The notes below the pieces were generated by a model. It ran no database searches and was not told where the DNA came from. It saw nothing but the letters and a program-made list of their open reading frames with translations. The position numbers were made by a program, and so were the translations under genes. This document shows positions 27,048 to 39,777 of a DNA stretch of 64,000 nucleotides, piece after piece; the stretch's first letter is position 1; every line of letters begins with the position of its first letter. Origin of the DNA: Malacoraja senta (Eukaryota); NCBI GenBank assembly GCA_038087875.1, contig CM075982.1, forward strand, positions 72,044,001 through 72,108,000, in the 5' to 3' direction.

Positions 27048-28221
27048 GTCAACCTGAAATGTCACCCATTTCTTCTCTCCAGAGATGCTGCCTGTCACGC
27101 TAATTTACTCTGGCTTTTTGTGTTCATCTTCGGTTTAAACCAGCAAATGCAGTTCCTTCCTACACAAGTCTTTTAAATGCTGTAATAGTACCTGCTTCTA
27201 CTACCTCCTCTGGCAGCTCAATCCATATACCCACCACCTTTTCACTTTTTGAGTGAAAAAGTTGCCCTCAGGCTTGTATAAAATCTTGTGCCTTTCACCT
27301 TAAACATATGTCCTCTTGGTTTTGATTCCCCTCCGCTGGGTAAAAGACTGTGCGTTCACCCCATCTATTCCCCTCATGATTGTACAGACGTCCATAAGAA
27401 TGTAACCCACAAGAATGTAATTGTTACAAGTATGTAACCCACGACAAATTATCTGGTAATTGGAAAAACATCCCAAAGCATATTTGGGTGTTGTTGAAAC
27501 TATGGGTAAATATTTCAACAGACTGAATGTGTATGACTAAAGTTTAACATTTTACATACGTTGACAGAATACCAATAGAAATGTATTTCACCTGTCCGCC
27601 CACATCCCATCCCATCCCCCCCTCCCCCCCCCCCACCCCCCAAACAGCCATTCCTCCGTCAGTACAATTATTTTTGCAAAGGTATCAAAAACAATGACTC
27701 ATTCATAATTTCAACAAACGGCAGCAAGGTGCATCAAGATCGGCACGGGTAACACGTGTAGACTTAACCTAGTTTCTTTAAATATTGGAATCGAGCCATG
27801 CTTGTGCAAAGACTCAAAAAGAATAAAACGTTCAGTCTCACTATCTTCAGAAATCAAGAAATTAGCGTTTCCTTGAACCTTCTGAAAATTTGGGCTTCCA
27901 CCAACAGAGGAAGTTCCAGCACAAGAATCATGTCTGGAACAATAACAAGGGTGTACAGTAGTACTATGGTGCTGAAACAGTCCCTCATTCTGATAACAGC
28001 AAGATGTATTCATCATACATTTGGACCTGGGCAATTGCTAGGATGTGGAAACAACAAGATCAAACCCAAAAGGGATCTCTGCTGTTAGCCAGGTCATACT
28101 TCAGCACTGTGATGCGCTTGCAAGCACCATGAAACCTATCCAGTGTATTAAATTTCCAAGGTAGACACAAAATGCTGGAGTAACTCAGCGGGACAGGCAG
28201 AATCTCTGGAGAGAAGGAATG

Positions 28222-28256
28222 GGTGACGTTTCAGGTCGAGACCGTTCTTCAGACTG
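28222..28256 (-). ncRNA. Minimal hammerhead motif in sense orientation within SOGA1 intron 1
   Basis: Reverse strand reads CAGUCUGAAGAACGGUCUCGACCUGAAACGUCACC, with one stem II mismatch. Confidence 0.55.
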
Positions 28257-28349
28257 ATGTCAGGGGAGTGGGCGGGACAGAGATAGAATGTAGTCGGAGA
28301 CAGTAAGACTGAACTGATCATCCATCACCCTCAATCCACAGCAACCTTT

Positions 28350-30900
28350 ATTGCCGGACACAACAGACCATTACCCCCTCCCCAACCGACCGTCATCCAC
28401 AAACCCAAGGTTGGGGAAAAGGGTTTGGGGATCAAAGATCCATCAACGTCAACCAATCATCTCCCCCCAACCACAACCATCACCCCCAGCCCCGACCATC
28501 ACCCCACCGTCAGCCGAGTATAATTCCCAAACCTAATCAACCATCTCTTCCCCCAACCTCAACCATTAGCTCCAACCCAATAAACCAGCACCTTCATCTC
28601 CAGAGCATCAACCCCCAACCATCTCACTCCACCCTCAACCACCCATCACCCAACCAACCATGACACTCATCCCCAACTGAGCATCAGCCCCAACTCCAAC
28701 CATCTCACCCCTCCCCAATCACCTATCACACCCATTCCCAACCAACCATCACACCCAACTGAGCATTACTCCCAACTCCTACCACCTTACCCCACCATCA
28801 CCCTCACCCCCAACCTCAACCATCAGCTCCAACCCATCCTAACCACCCATCATCCTCAATCAACCACCCGTTACCCCCCCCGTGAATTGACCCCCCAACC
28901 ATGACGCTCACCTCACAAGAGCATCAGCCCCAACTCCAACCATCTCACCCCACCCTAACCAACCACCCATCATCACTCCCCCATTCCCAACCATCACCAG
29001 CACTCCCTAACAGAGCATCAGCCCCAACTCCAACCATAACCATCAGCTCCCTCATCAAACCAGCACCTTCACCTCCAGAGCGTCAACCCTATCCATCTCA
29101 CCCCACCCTACCTAACCATCAATCACCCCCATTGCAAACCAACCATCACCTTCACCTCCCCAACCATCACTCACCCCACCCTCAACCACCCACACCCCAA
29201 CCAACCACGACACTCATCCCCAACTGAGCATCAGCCCCAACTCCAACCATCTCACCCCCTCCCCAAACCACCTATCACACCCATTCCCAACCAACCATCA
29301 CACCCAACTGAGCATTACTCCCAACTCCTACCACCTTACCCCACCATCACCCTCACCCCCAACCATAACCATCAGCTCCAACCCATCCTAACCACCCATC
29401 ATCCTCAATCAACCACCCGTTACCCCCCCCCCCAATTGACCCCCCAACCATGACACTCACCCCCACAACAGAGCATCAGCCCCAACTCCAACCATCTCAC
29501 CCCACCCTAACCAACCACCCATCATCACTCCCCATTCCCAACCATCACCTGCACTCCCTAACAGAGCATCAGCCCCAACTCCAACCATAACCATCAGCTC
29601 CCTCATCAAACCAGCACCTTCACCTCCAGAGCGTCAACCCTATCCATCTCACCCCACCCTACCTAACCATCAATCACCCCCATTGCAAACCAACCATCAC
29701 CTTCACCTCCCCAACCATCACTCACCCCACCCTCAACCACCCACACCCCAACCAACCACGACACTCATCCCCAACTGAGCATCAGCCCCAACTCCAACCA
29801 TCTCACCCCCTCCCCAAACCACCTATCACACCCATTCCCAACCAACCATCACACCCAACTGAGCATTACTCCCAACTCCTACCACCTTACCCCACCATCA
29901 CCCTCACCCCCAACCATAACCATCAGCTCCAACCCATCCTAACCACCCATCATCCTCAATCAACCACCCGTTACCCCCCCCCCCCCAATTGACCCCCCAA
30001 CCATGACACTCACCCCCACAACAGAGCATCAGCCCCAACTCCAACCATCTCACCCCACCCTAACCAACCACCCATCATCACTCCCCATTCCCAACCATCA
30101 CCTGCACTCCCTAACAGAGCATCAGCCCCAACTCCAACCATAACCATCAGCTCCCTCATCAAACCAGCACCTTCACCTCCAGAGCGTCAACCCTATCCAT
30201 CTCACCCCACCCTACCTAACCATCAATCACCCCCATTGCAAACCAACCATCACCTTCACCTCCCCAACCATCACTCACCCCACCCTCAACCACCCACACC
30301 CCAACCAACCACAACACTCATCCCCAACTGAGCATCAGCCCCAACTCCAACCATCTCACCCCCTCCCCAAACCACCTATCACACCCATTCCCAACCAACC
30401 ATCACACCCAACTGAGCATTACTCCCAACTCCTACCACCTTACCCCACCATCACCCTCACCCCCAACCATAACCATCAGCTCCAACCCATCCTAACCACC
30501 CATCATCCTCAATCAACCACCCGTTACCCCCCCCCCCCAATTGACCCCCCAACCATGACGCTCACCCCCACAACAGAGCATCAGCCCCAACTCCAACCAT
30601 CTCACCCCACCCTCAACCACCCACACCCCAACCAACCATGACACTCATCCCCAACTGAGCATCAGCCCCAACTCCAACCATCTCACCCCCTCCCCAACCA
30701 CCCATCACCCACATTGATTCCCAACCAACCATCACCTCCACCTCCCCACCATCAACCCCAACCATCAGTTCCAAGCCAACAAACCATGAGCTTCACCTCC
30801 AGAGCACCAAACCCCAACCATCCATCAGCTCCACCCCAGAGCACCAAACCCCACCCATCCATCAGCTCCACCGTGAGGAGGGGCTCCGGCCCCACCCACC
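28350..30900. repeat. C/A-rich (minus strand G/T-rich) satellite with a ~550-bp higher-order unit
   Basis: ACTGAGCATCAGCCCC recurs at 28676, 29223, 29774 and 30327 (spacing 547/551/553). Internal sub-repeat GAGCATCAGCCCCAACTCCAACCAT. Confidence 0.9.
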
Positions 30901-30907
30901 CACCCAC

Positions 30908-31576
30908 CTTCAGGTAGTCGTTCTCTGAGCGCAGCTCCTCCATCTCCTTGACCATCTCCTCCTCCTCCTCATGGACGCCGTCGGGCAGCTGTTCCTCGCT
31001 GAAGTCGGAGAACCCGAGCGAGTTGGTGAGGTGGAGGCGGCCGTCGGACTGCGGGCTGCCCGGTGATCCGGAGCCGGAGCCGGGGAGGGTGAGGGAGAGG
31101 GCCGGGGCCTCGCTGTCGCTGGTGTGGGCCGACAGGTCAGAGCTGCTGTCGGTGGCTCCGGCTGCCCAGCGCCTGCCCGGGCCCGGGGTGTGGACGTGGC
31201 CGTGGTTGTGGGCCTGGGCCCGCGGGCTCTTCCAACGGGCGGCCGCTTTCTTCTTCTTCCCGCCCGCGGCCGCAGCGGACGCCGCCGGCGCCTTCTTACC
31301 CCTGAGCTCAGCCCGCGCTCCCTCCGCCCCGGGCCCGGCACCGGCCGCCTTGCCGCTCGCGCCCGGCCGCGTATCCTTGAGCCCCGGGCTGTGGCTGTGG
31401 CTGTAGGTGTGTCTGGACAAGCGGCATTGCCCCTTCACCCGGCCCACTGACCAGCCCCGCACCGCTGCCTTGGGTCTGGCCGGCGACGGCTCACGGTGCA
31501 CCTTCTTCTTCTCGCCCGGCATCTTCTTCTGCTGCTGCTGCTGCTTGCTATCTGCAGTCCCGTTCACCGCCTCCAT
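30908..31576 (-). CDS. SOGA1: SOGA1/MTCL2 first coding exon (223 codons, MEAVNG...ELRSENDYLK)
   Basis: ATG at 31576-31574 in strong context (GGG ATG G). Contains SOGA/MTCL-family motifs HRxPSPARPK..GWS, TDSSSDLS, RLxLxxSLxFSD and EELRSENDYLK. GT donor (GTGGGT) follows 30908 in phase 0. CpG-island-like composition. Confidence 0.9.
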
Positions 31577-31656
31577 CCCTCACCCAACCCACCACCCACA
31601 CCCCCCCGGCCGATGCGATTCACTCAATGCAACGAACCAAGACCGATGGGATCCTC

Positions 31657-31699
31657 GTCTCATCTCATCTCATCTCATCTCATCTCATCTCATCCCATC
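31657..31699. repeat. (ATCTC)n microsatellite upstream of the SOGA1 ATG
   Basis: About 8 tandem pentamers. Confidence 0.9.
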
Positions 31700-31719
31700 C
31701 CCGCGTCCTGGCACGGCTC

Positions 31720-32060
31720 AAAGCAAATGCAAAGCTCGGTCCAGTTGCAGATGCCAAGCTCGGTGCAAAGACACAGATGCAAACCCCCCCGGGTGACGGT
31801 CGAAATTCAGATGCAAAGCTCGGGTCCAAATTCAGATGCAAAGCTCGGGTCCAAAGACACAAATGCAGAGCTCGGGTCCAAATTCAGATGCAAAGCTCGG
31901 GTCCAAAGACACAATTGCAAAGCTCGGTGCAAAGACACAAATGCAGAGCTCGGTCCAATTGCAAATGCAAACCTCGGTCCAAAGACACAATTGCAATGCT
32001 CGGTGCAAAGACAAATAAATGCAAGCCCCCCGGTCCAAAGACAAAAACCTCAGTCCAAAT
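31720..32060. repeat. Minisatellite, ~20-27 bp units (ATGCAAAGCTCGGTCCAAAGACACA-like)
   Basis: Recurrent TGCAAAGCTCGG(G)TCCAAA units. Confidence 0.85.
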
Positions 32061-32199
32061 TACAAATCTCAATCCACAAGCAGTCGGTCCCCTTTTGCTC
32101 AGATGTCCAACAACAGTTTCCTTTGTGTCTTTTTTAAATATTTTTATTGGAGTGCTGGTGCGATCTATCTATTTCTTGCGATCTCTCTGTTTTCACTGA

Positions 32200-32340
32200 A
32201 ACACGCTGGCTGTCTAATGCACCACTCCGCTCCTGGGAAATAACATAATACTCCGCCCAAGCTGCTGATCCAGTGACGCAGTGATCCTGAGCCACCGAGA
32301 GTTAACTTGCTCCCCCCCCTCTCCCTCTCCCTTGCATCAG
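32200..32340 (-). promoter_or_regulatory. Putative SOGA1 promoter/TSS region
   Basis: Unique sequence ~0.65 kb upstream of the ATG with a GC box (GGGCGGAG on minus, 32251-32258) and a CRE-like TGACGCA (32274-32280). The TSS itself cannot be seen from sequence. Confidence 0.35.
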
Positions 32341-33057
32341 ACGTCCTTGGCTGGAACTGCTGCCGAGAAAGGCTAAGCTAGCTGCAAGTCCATAACGCAC
32401 ACACATCCACTGACAGTCACTGCATTTTACTACAGCATCCCTCCTTATCCTCGTCGATTCCATTCGGACCAGGCTGTTACATAAGCAAAAAACAGTACAC
32501 ATTGAGAAAAACAAATGACGCAAAATAAAATGGAAATTTAAACATTAAGTGGGTGCAAAGCCAAGGACGGTTTGTAAGTGGGAGGATCTGGATCTCTGTA
32601 CTATTGGTCCATTGTTTTGTTTTAAATTCGTCTGCTGTGTGAATTCCCAACATTTTCTGCCCTTTGTTTGTCTCTGAGATTTTTTAATCAGTTAAACAGA
32701 CATCTCTAATATGCAATAATATGTGATGTTAGAACAAACCGAGAACCGTATGAGCCACCACCTTACTCCAGAATGTTATGCTTTTTTGTGTGAAAATGAC
32801 AGAGAGACGAAACGAATCTAGACTTTGGTTTTAATCCCGGCCATTTTTCGTGTGACTCAGTAACTTACTAAATCGGATGCAACCAGAAGACCACGTATCA
32901 ATGATGCAGGTAGAAAAACCCCAACACAAAGTGCTGGGGGAACCCAGCGGGTCAGGCAGCATCTGTGGAGGATACACAAAAGTGCTGGAGAAACTCAGCG
33001 GGTGCAGCAGCATCTATGGAGCGAAGGAAATAGGTAACGTTTCGGGCCGAAACCCTT

Positions 33058-33350
33058 CCCGAGCCACCGGGAACGTTGAACCACAAGAGACTGTAGATGT
33101 TAAGCAACAAAATCATTTGCAAAACACAAAGTGCTGGAGGAATTTCAGTGGGTCAGGTAGCATCTGTGGAGGAAATGGACAGACGACGTTTCAGATCGGG
33201 ACCCTCAACGTTGCCGGTCGACTTCACAGTCTTTCCCTCCACAGACGCTACCTGACCCACTGAAATTCCTCCAGCACTTTGTGTTTTGCTAATGATTTTG
33301 TTGCTTAACATCTACAGTCTCTTGTGGTTCAACTTTCCCGGTGGCTCGGG
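33058..33350. repeat. Near-perfect inverted repeat with ~115-bp arms built on Penelope-derived repeats
   Basis: CCCGAGCCACCGGGA... pairs with ...TCCCGGTGGCTCGGG, with few mismatches. Confidence 0.9.
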
Positions 33351-34456
33351 CAAAGTAACGCGTTGAAACACGAAAACCTGGAGTAACTCACTCAGCATCT
33401 CTGGAGAAAGGGAATATGTGACATTTCTGGTCGAGACCCTTCAAGGTCCCAGAGCTCCAGAGATGCTGCCTGGCCCGCTGAGTTACTCCAGCTATTTGTT
33501 TCTTTATCTTCGGTGTAAACCAGCATCTGCAGTTCCTTCCTACACGTGTTGAAACACGATCTGTGTCGAGGTGTGGATGGACATTGGAAATGAGAGAAAA
33601 AGACAGGAAATGCTGGATACACTCAACGAGTCACGGAGCATTTACCGAGCGTGAAAATAAATGTACCGTATCACGTCAACGGTCGTTGGTCTGAACTGGT
33701 CGTCTATTGTAACAAAGAATGATTCAGTCGTGCCAAAAGATTGTGCAAGCTTCCTATACAGCATTTCCTATTCCAGACTCAAACATGTAAGCACAGGTAT
33801 TGCCACCATTTCAACCCAACAACACATCTGCAGATTCTACCGGTGGTGGTTTTCATGCTGTAGGTGATGTGAACACGTTAATTAGAGGAGGGTGACATGT
33901 CATGTTCAAAACTGAACCCCCCCCCCCCCCCTCTGCTCATCCAATGTGTACAAACATCCCGAGTTTTAATGTTTAGCTTTCAGGTTCTTCTTGATCTTTC
34001 ATTTTTCTTTACGATTATTGGTGTTATAATGTTTATAACAGACATTGTGGCAATTCTGATCACCAGTTAGCTTTCAAACTGTCAGGAAGTCAATGGGAAA
34101 AATGTACTGTTGTCACATAGGATGTGGAATTCTGATTGGGTCTTTGATGATGGAACCAAGTAACAGTAATAAAGAGATATTGATTCTCGCATGTCTTCAT
34201 TTTCACAATATTTTCACATCTCTATCAGCAAAACAGAGCTGCCCCCCCACTGGATTTGTTCATTTACCATCTTTCCCTTTCTGTGGAAGAGTATAGTGAG
34301 TCATACCGCATGAAAACAGGCCCTTCGGCCCAACTCATCCATGCCGACAGGGACGCCCCATCTAAGCTAATCCCATCTGCCCAAATTTGGCCGACATCTC
34401 TCTAAACCTTTCCTATCTATGTACCCATCTGAACGACTTTTAAATATTGTACCTGC

Positions 34457-34875
34457 GAAAAAACTTATACTCAAATTGTGGAAAAAGATAACAGTTCCCA
34501 CCGTGGAGATGAGGACCACTGAAATGACCGAGACACTACATTTAGAAAAAATGAGGCTTGTCTTGGCTGATAAATCAGACCAATTCTCCAAAACATGGTC
34601 TCCTTTCACTGAATGTCTTCAACAATAGAATGGTTGAACACAAATTTAAAACCGATGCTTGGGATGGGTGAGCGCAGGGGGGGGGGAGGATAGCGGGATA
34701 TATCTCCGTTTTTTCTTTTTCTTCATTCTTTCCTTTTTACTTTTTTTTTCCGTTTCATGTATCAATTTATAAAATGTTAAAAATGAAGCTGTACGAAAAT
34801 TGTATAATTGTTATGCCGATTGCTTTATTCTTGTACAATTGCTTCTAATAAAATTAATTTAAAATAAAAATTAAA
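34457..34875 (+). mobile_element. 5'-truncated L1-clade LINE with 16-bp TSD inside an older CR1-like fragment
   Basis: AKKLILKLWK...TLHLEKMR...TWSPF ORF2 C-terminus and A-rich tail. TSD TAAATAT(T/C)GTAC(C/T)TGC at 34441 and 34876. Confidence 0.8.
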
Positions 34876-35624
34876 TAAATATCGTACTTGCCTCAACTCC
34901 TTTCTCTGACAGCCAATTCCATATACCCTCCACCCACTGTGTGAAAAGTTGCCTCTCAATTTCCTATTAAATCTTTCCCGTTGCACCTTAAACCCATGTC
35001 CTCTGGTTCTTGATTCCCGTACTCTGGTAAAAGACTCTGAACATTCCCCTCAGTGATTGTGTACACCTCTACAAGAATATATCTCATCCTCCTGCGCTCC
35101 AGGAATCTTGAAAGATTAAATCCACCTTCAAGTGAGAATTCTTGATCATCCATGGATTACAGCATCTTCAAATTTAAAAACTGCCCTTTCATATCATAGT
35201 TAAATGTGCAACATTCCAGCCAATTAATCTGTTGTATAGTTATTATATCCTTCCCCAGATTTTATAAAATTGAACATTTCTCCACGGCAATCTGCATCAT
35301 TTGTCCTCTAAGAAATGCTGATAAAAGATCCATCATGCAAGTTGATGTACCAGACATGAATCATTTGTTTGTAATCAATAATTTATGTAGCCTCCAGACC
35401 AATTAGTTAGTGCCATCTTAAATATGAAGTGTTCATGAGCTGAGTGCCATTCCAATCATCATCATTCTTTTGTTCTGCAGATCAAACAGAGGAAGGCGAA
35501 ACAACTTTGATGCCAAGACATGTTACTGCTTGGATTGTTCAATGCATTGCCGATTGGAGAGGCTTCTGGGTGCTACTTAATGTATTAATACCAGGCGATG
35601 AATGTTGATTTTTATTTCTATATA

Positions 35625-35932
35625 TTAGACAATAGACAATAGGTGCAGGAGTAGGCCATTCAGCCCTTCGAGCCAGCACCTCCATTCACTGTGATCATAG
35701 CTTCTTCTTAAGCCCTTTGCTCCTCGAGAGAGCATAGGCCATTGACAAATGTCCTCCACCTCACTCGGTTGTTCGCAGTTCTTTCTCCCCAGTTGAGCCC
35801 ACTGATCATCCACAATCAGTACCCCGTTCCTTCCTTCTCCCCATATCCCCTGACTCCGCTATCTTTAAGAGCTCTATCTAACTCTCTCTTGAAAGCCTCC
35901 AGAGAATTGGCCTCCACTGCCTTCTGGGGCAG
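35625..35932 (-). mobile_element. CR1 3' fragment with an internal insertion
   Basis: LPQKAVEANSLEAFKRELDRAL and CR1 tail. Confidence 0.8.
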
Positions 35933-36474
35933 TGGTTTGTTCTCATCAAACATCACTTCAAAAAAGTTACCATTGTGCTGAATAACCACTGGGACTTTTT
36001 GTTGTATGCAAGATTCCAACATCTGCAGTTCCCTGTGTCTCGTTTTCCAATCTCTCTAATTTTGTTAAGCTTCCTGAGAAGCCTCCTCCCTGGTCCATAT
36101 TTACACCATGTCTTCCTCAGCAATCACCACTGCACGATAGCCAGGAATTTACTGTCGGCAGCAAGGTACTTTCAGCTAACCCACAGAGATAGATGTTCCC
36201 TCAATGATCAAGCTAATAATTTGGCAAGAACTTTCACTATCACATGGTGTAATTGGGGGTCTGTTCAATTGGATTTTAACTGTCACAACAACTATGCTAA
36301 CACCATAATAGCCAGGCAAACAATTCTCCCAGACTGAATGTTTAGGAAGGAACTGCAGATTCTGGTTTAAACCGAAGATAGACACAAAATGCTGGAGTAA
36401 CTCAGCGGAACAGGCAGCATCTCTGGAGAGAAGGAATGGGTGATGTTTCGGGTTGAGATCCTTCTTCAGACTGA

Positions 36475-36507
36475 AGTCTGAAGATGGGTCTCGACCCGAA
36501 ACGTCAT
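36475..36507 (+). ncRNA. Minimal hammerhead motif (GUC subfamily)
   Basis: CUGAAGA-U-GGGU CUCG ACCC-GAAA-CGUC. Confidence 0.65.
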
Positions 36508-36584
36508 CCAAAATGTGAGGGTAGAATGCGAGATGTCCATAGTGCTGGGTTAAAACTGAGGGGTGGAATGTGAGGGGTTGTACG

Positions 36585-36932
36585 AGGATTAAGCAGGTTA
36601 GATGCAGGAAAAATGTTCCCCATGTTGGGGGAGTCCAGAACCAGGGGTCACAGTTTAAGAATAAGGGGTAGGCCATTTAGGACTGAGATGAGGAAAACCT
36701 TTTCACCCAGAGAGTTGTGAATCTGTGGAATTCTCTGCCATTGAAGGCAGTGGAGGCCAAGTCACTGAATGTTTTCAAGAGATAATTAGATTTAGCTCTT
36801 AGGTGTAAAGGAATCAGGGGATATGGGGAAAAAGCAGGAACGGGGTACTGATTTTAGATGATCATATTAAATGGTGGTGCTGGCTCGAAGGGCCGAATGC
36901 CCTACTCCTGCACCTATTTTTCTATGTTTCTA
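36585..36932 (+). mobile_element. CR1 3' fragment
   Basis: ORF2 C-terminus, hairpin and TTTCTATG tail. Confidence 0.85.
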
Positions 36933-37493
36933 GTCGTATCCAAAGTGAGGGCTAAGTGAAACTAGATGAAGGCTTTTTCCCCAAAGCAACGTTTCCCTCC
37001 ACAGATGTTGTCTGATTCGCTGAGTTCCTCCAGCTGCTCTCCTATTCGAGCCATCTTTTTAATCAGCACACTCTGGGGATCCCGGCAGAAGCCTCCTCGT
37101 GGTGATCCCCGGAAACAATGACACGATGCACTCTGTGACGCGTCGGGCGACCAATTCTGTCAACATGTTGGACGACGACGGAAGCCAGCAGCGAGCTGTA
37201 CGTCGTCTGACACACGAGCACACTCTGATTCCAATTTAGATATATGGCTAACATTACTTTACAGCTTGGACGCCTTCTATAAGAGTCAAGAGTCAATGGA
37301 ATCCAGAGTCAAGAGAGTTTCATTGTCATGTGTCCCTGATAGAACAATAAAATTATTACTTGCAGCAGCACAACAGAATATGTAAGGTAGACAAAAGTGC
37401 TGGAGAAACTCAGCGGGTGCAGCAGCATCTATGGAGCGAAGGAAATAGGCAACGTTTCGGGTCGAAACCCAAAGGAAATAGGCAACGTTTCTC

Positions 37494-37552
37494 TCTTTTT
37501 CTTTTTCTTTTTCTTTTTCTTTTTCTTTTTCTTTTTCTTTTTCTTTTTCTTT
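37494..37552. repeat. (CTTTTT)n microsatellite
   Basis: Perfect hexamer run. Confidence 0.9.
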
Positions 37553-37801
37553 TGATAACATCCTTGCATTTTTGCAGGTTTGGAGATGAAGTTTTAAAAG
37601 TATACTAGCAGTATTGATAAAATAAGGCAAGAAAAGGATACATTCAATAAAGCATATAAATATTTTTAATATTGTATTTAGGAAGCTGTTCTGTACTGGA
37701 GAACTTTATGTTATCTGGGCATAGTCTGTCTAGACATCGTTAAGATATTTGATGCTAGTTTATTTCCATTTGGAAACTCCTAACAAAGCCAACAAACAGA
37801 T

Positions 37802-38193
37802 TAGAAACATAGAAAACATAGAAATTAGGTGCAGGAGTAGGCCATTCGGCCCTTCGAGCCTGCACCGCCATTCAATATGATCATGGCTGATCATCCAACT
37901 CAGTATCCCGTACCTGCCTTCTCTCCATACCCCCTGATCCCCTTAGCCACAAGGGCCACATCTAACTCCCTCTTAAATATAGCCAATGAACTGGCCTCAA
38001 CTACCCTCTGTGGCAGAGAGTTCCAGAGATTCACCACTCTCTGTGTGAAAAAAGTTCTTCTCATCTCGGTTTTAAAGGATTTCCCCCTTATCCTTAAGCT
38101 GTGACCCCTTGTCCTGGTCTTCCCCAACATCGGGAGCAATCTTCCTGCATCTAGCCTGTCCAACCCCTTAAGAATTTTGTAAGTTTCTATAAG
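37802..38193 (-). mobile_element. Young 5'-truncated CR1 of the same subfamily as the full-length copy
   Basis: Encoded peptide differs from the last ~87 aa of the intact ORF2 at only 2 positions. Same ATTTCTATG tail. Confidence 0.9.
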
Positions 38194-38571
38194 TTTATTC
38201 CCATGCTAGATTTGTGCATGCATGGCCGTGCATTTGAAAACTTGTTCTCAGTGTGCTAGTACACTTTTTAAACTGCATCTGGTTTGATGCAAATGGATAA
38301 TTTGTGATGATTGTATCTTCACAGAACAACAAGGTAACGCAGTGACGCAGTGGGTAGAGTTGCTGCCTCACAGTGCTAGAGATCTAGATTCCATCCTGAC
38401 TACAGGCGCTGTCTGTGTGGAGTTTGTACGTTCTTCCTGTGACTGTGTGGGTTTTCTCCAGGTGCTCCAGTTTCCCCCCCACTCTCCAAAGACCTGTGTC
38501 CAAGATTATTGAAGCTTAATCCTTGGCTGTACAATGAAATCTTAAATAATGTGTTACCTTCCTCCAGTGGC

Positions 38572-39397
38572 AATAGACAATAGGTGCAGGAGTAGGCCAT
38601 TCAGTCCTTCGAGCCAGCACCGCCATTCAATGTGATCATGGCTGATCATCCACAATCAGTACCCCGTTCCTGCCTTCTCTCCATATCCCTTAACTCCGCT
38701 ATCCCTGAGAGCTCTATTTAGATTTTAGATTTAGAGTTTATTTCTTGTCATTTGAACCTCAAAGAGGCTCAAACGAAACTCCGTTTCCACAGCCATACAA
38801 ACAAAACAATTCCTGCACGACACACAAACAATTCAATTTACAGAAAAACATCCATTACAGTGAATCTCCTCCTCACTTTGATGGAAGGCAAAGTCATTTC
38901 TCTCCCCTGCACCATTTTTCTCCCGATGTTGAAGCCCCAGGCGGGCAATGTTAAGTCCCACGGCCATTGAGGCCGCGCCGGGCGGTGTACTGCCTCGCTC
39001 CGGGCCCAAAAGTCACAAAGTTGGAGCCCCGGCGGGCGCTGGAATGTCCCGCTGCTTTAACATTAAAGCCGCGCCGGGCGATTTACGGCCCCGTTCCGGG
39101 TCGTTCCAACCCCGCGACTCGAGCTGGAGAAGTTGCGTTGCGGGAGCTCCGGAAAGTGGTCTCTCACCCGGACCCGCGAGCTCCCGATGTCCCAGTCTAC
39201 CGGTCTGCAGCTGGAGCTGGAGCTCCGGAGTGAGCAGCAACAAGTCACCACCGCTCCCCGCGCTCCGAGGCCGGCCAGCCCCACGATGGTGAGTCCACAG
39301 CTAATCTAACTCTCTCTTGAAAGTATCCAGAGAACCAGCCTCCACCGCCCTCTGAGGCAGAGAGTTCCACACACTCACAACTCTCTGTGTGAAAAAT
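38572..39397 (-). mobile_element. CR1 3' fragment split by a ~580-bp GC-rich LINE-like 3' end (~38720-39300)
   Basis: CR1 stops at GAGAGCTCTA (~38716) and resumes at TCTAACTCTCTCTTG (~39305). Confidence 0.7.
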
Positions 39398-39777
39398 TGA
39401 TACCTATTTTCTCGGGTCATTTCAAATGTCACTAGATCTGTTATGGGAAGGACAAGTAAAGAGAAGGCACGAGAGCAAGAAGCAGCAGCATTGGCCATTA
39501 AGTCTAGTTTCAGTGCCCTAAAATGAGGCAGCAGTTTTATTACTGCAGGTCTGTCTTGTGCTGCATCATGTAGTGTGGGCGTTAGTCTTGCTGTGTTTGT
39601 GCATTCCAATGGCTTCAACTGCCCCATGGCTAACAGTTTGTTAATTATCTAATGTGCAATATTTGTATTGTTGTTCACACTCGCAATCTATTGATACCTA
39701 TTTATTTACATTCCTTTAAGAGTTAATTACACCCCTTTGGTGATCAGACTAATTCTGATTGACTAGTCAACTGTTTT

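Noticed and set aside
30752-30907. ORF-track extension of SOGA1 exon 1 (VGGWVGPEP...)
   Set aside because: Read-through into the intron. Homology ends at ENDYLK, where a GT donor joins in phase to exon 2.
31496-32243. Long plus-strand ORFs (213 aa, 190 aa)
   Set aside because: Produced by stop-poor mini- and microsatellites; the peptides are repetitive with no recognisable domain.
35461-35600. Possible plus-strand exon of a divergent neighbour gene (good polypyrimidine-CAG acceptor)
   Set aside because: No recognisable peptide in any frame and no clear donor.
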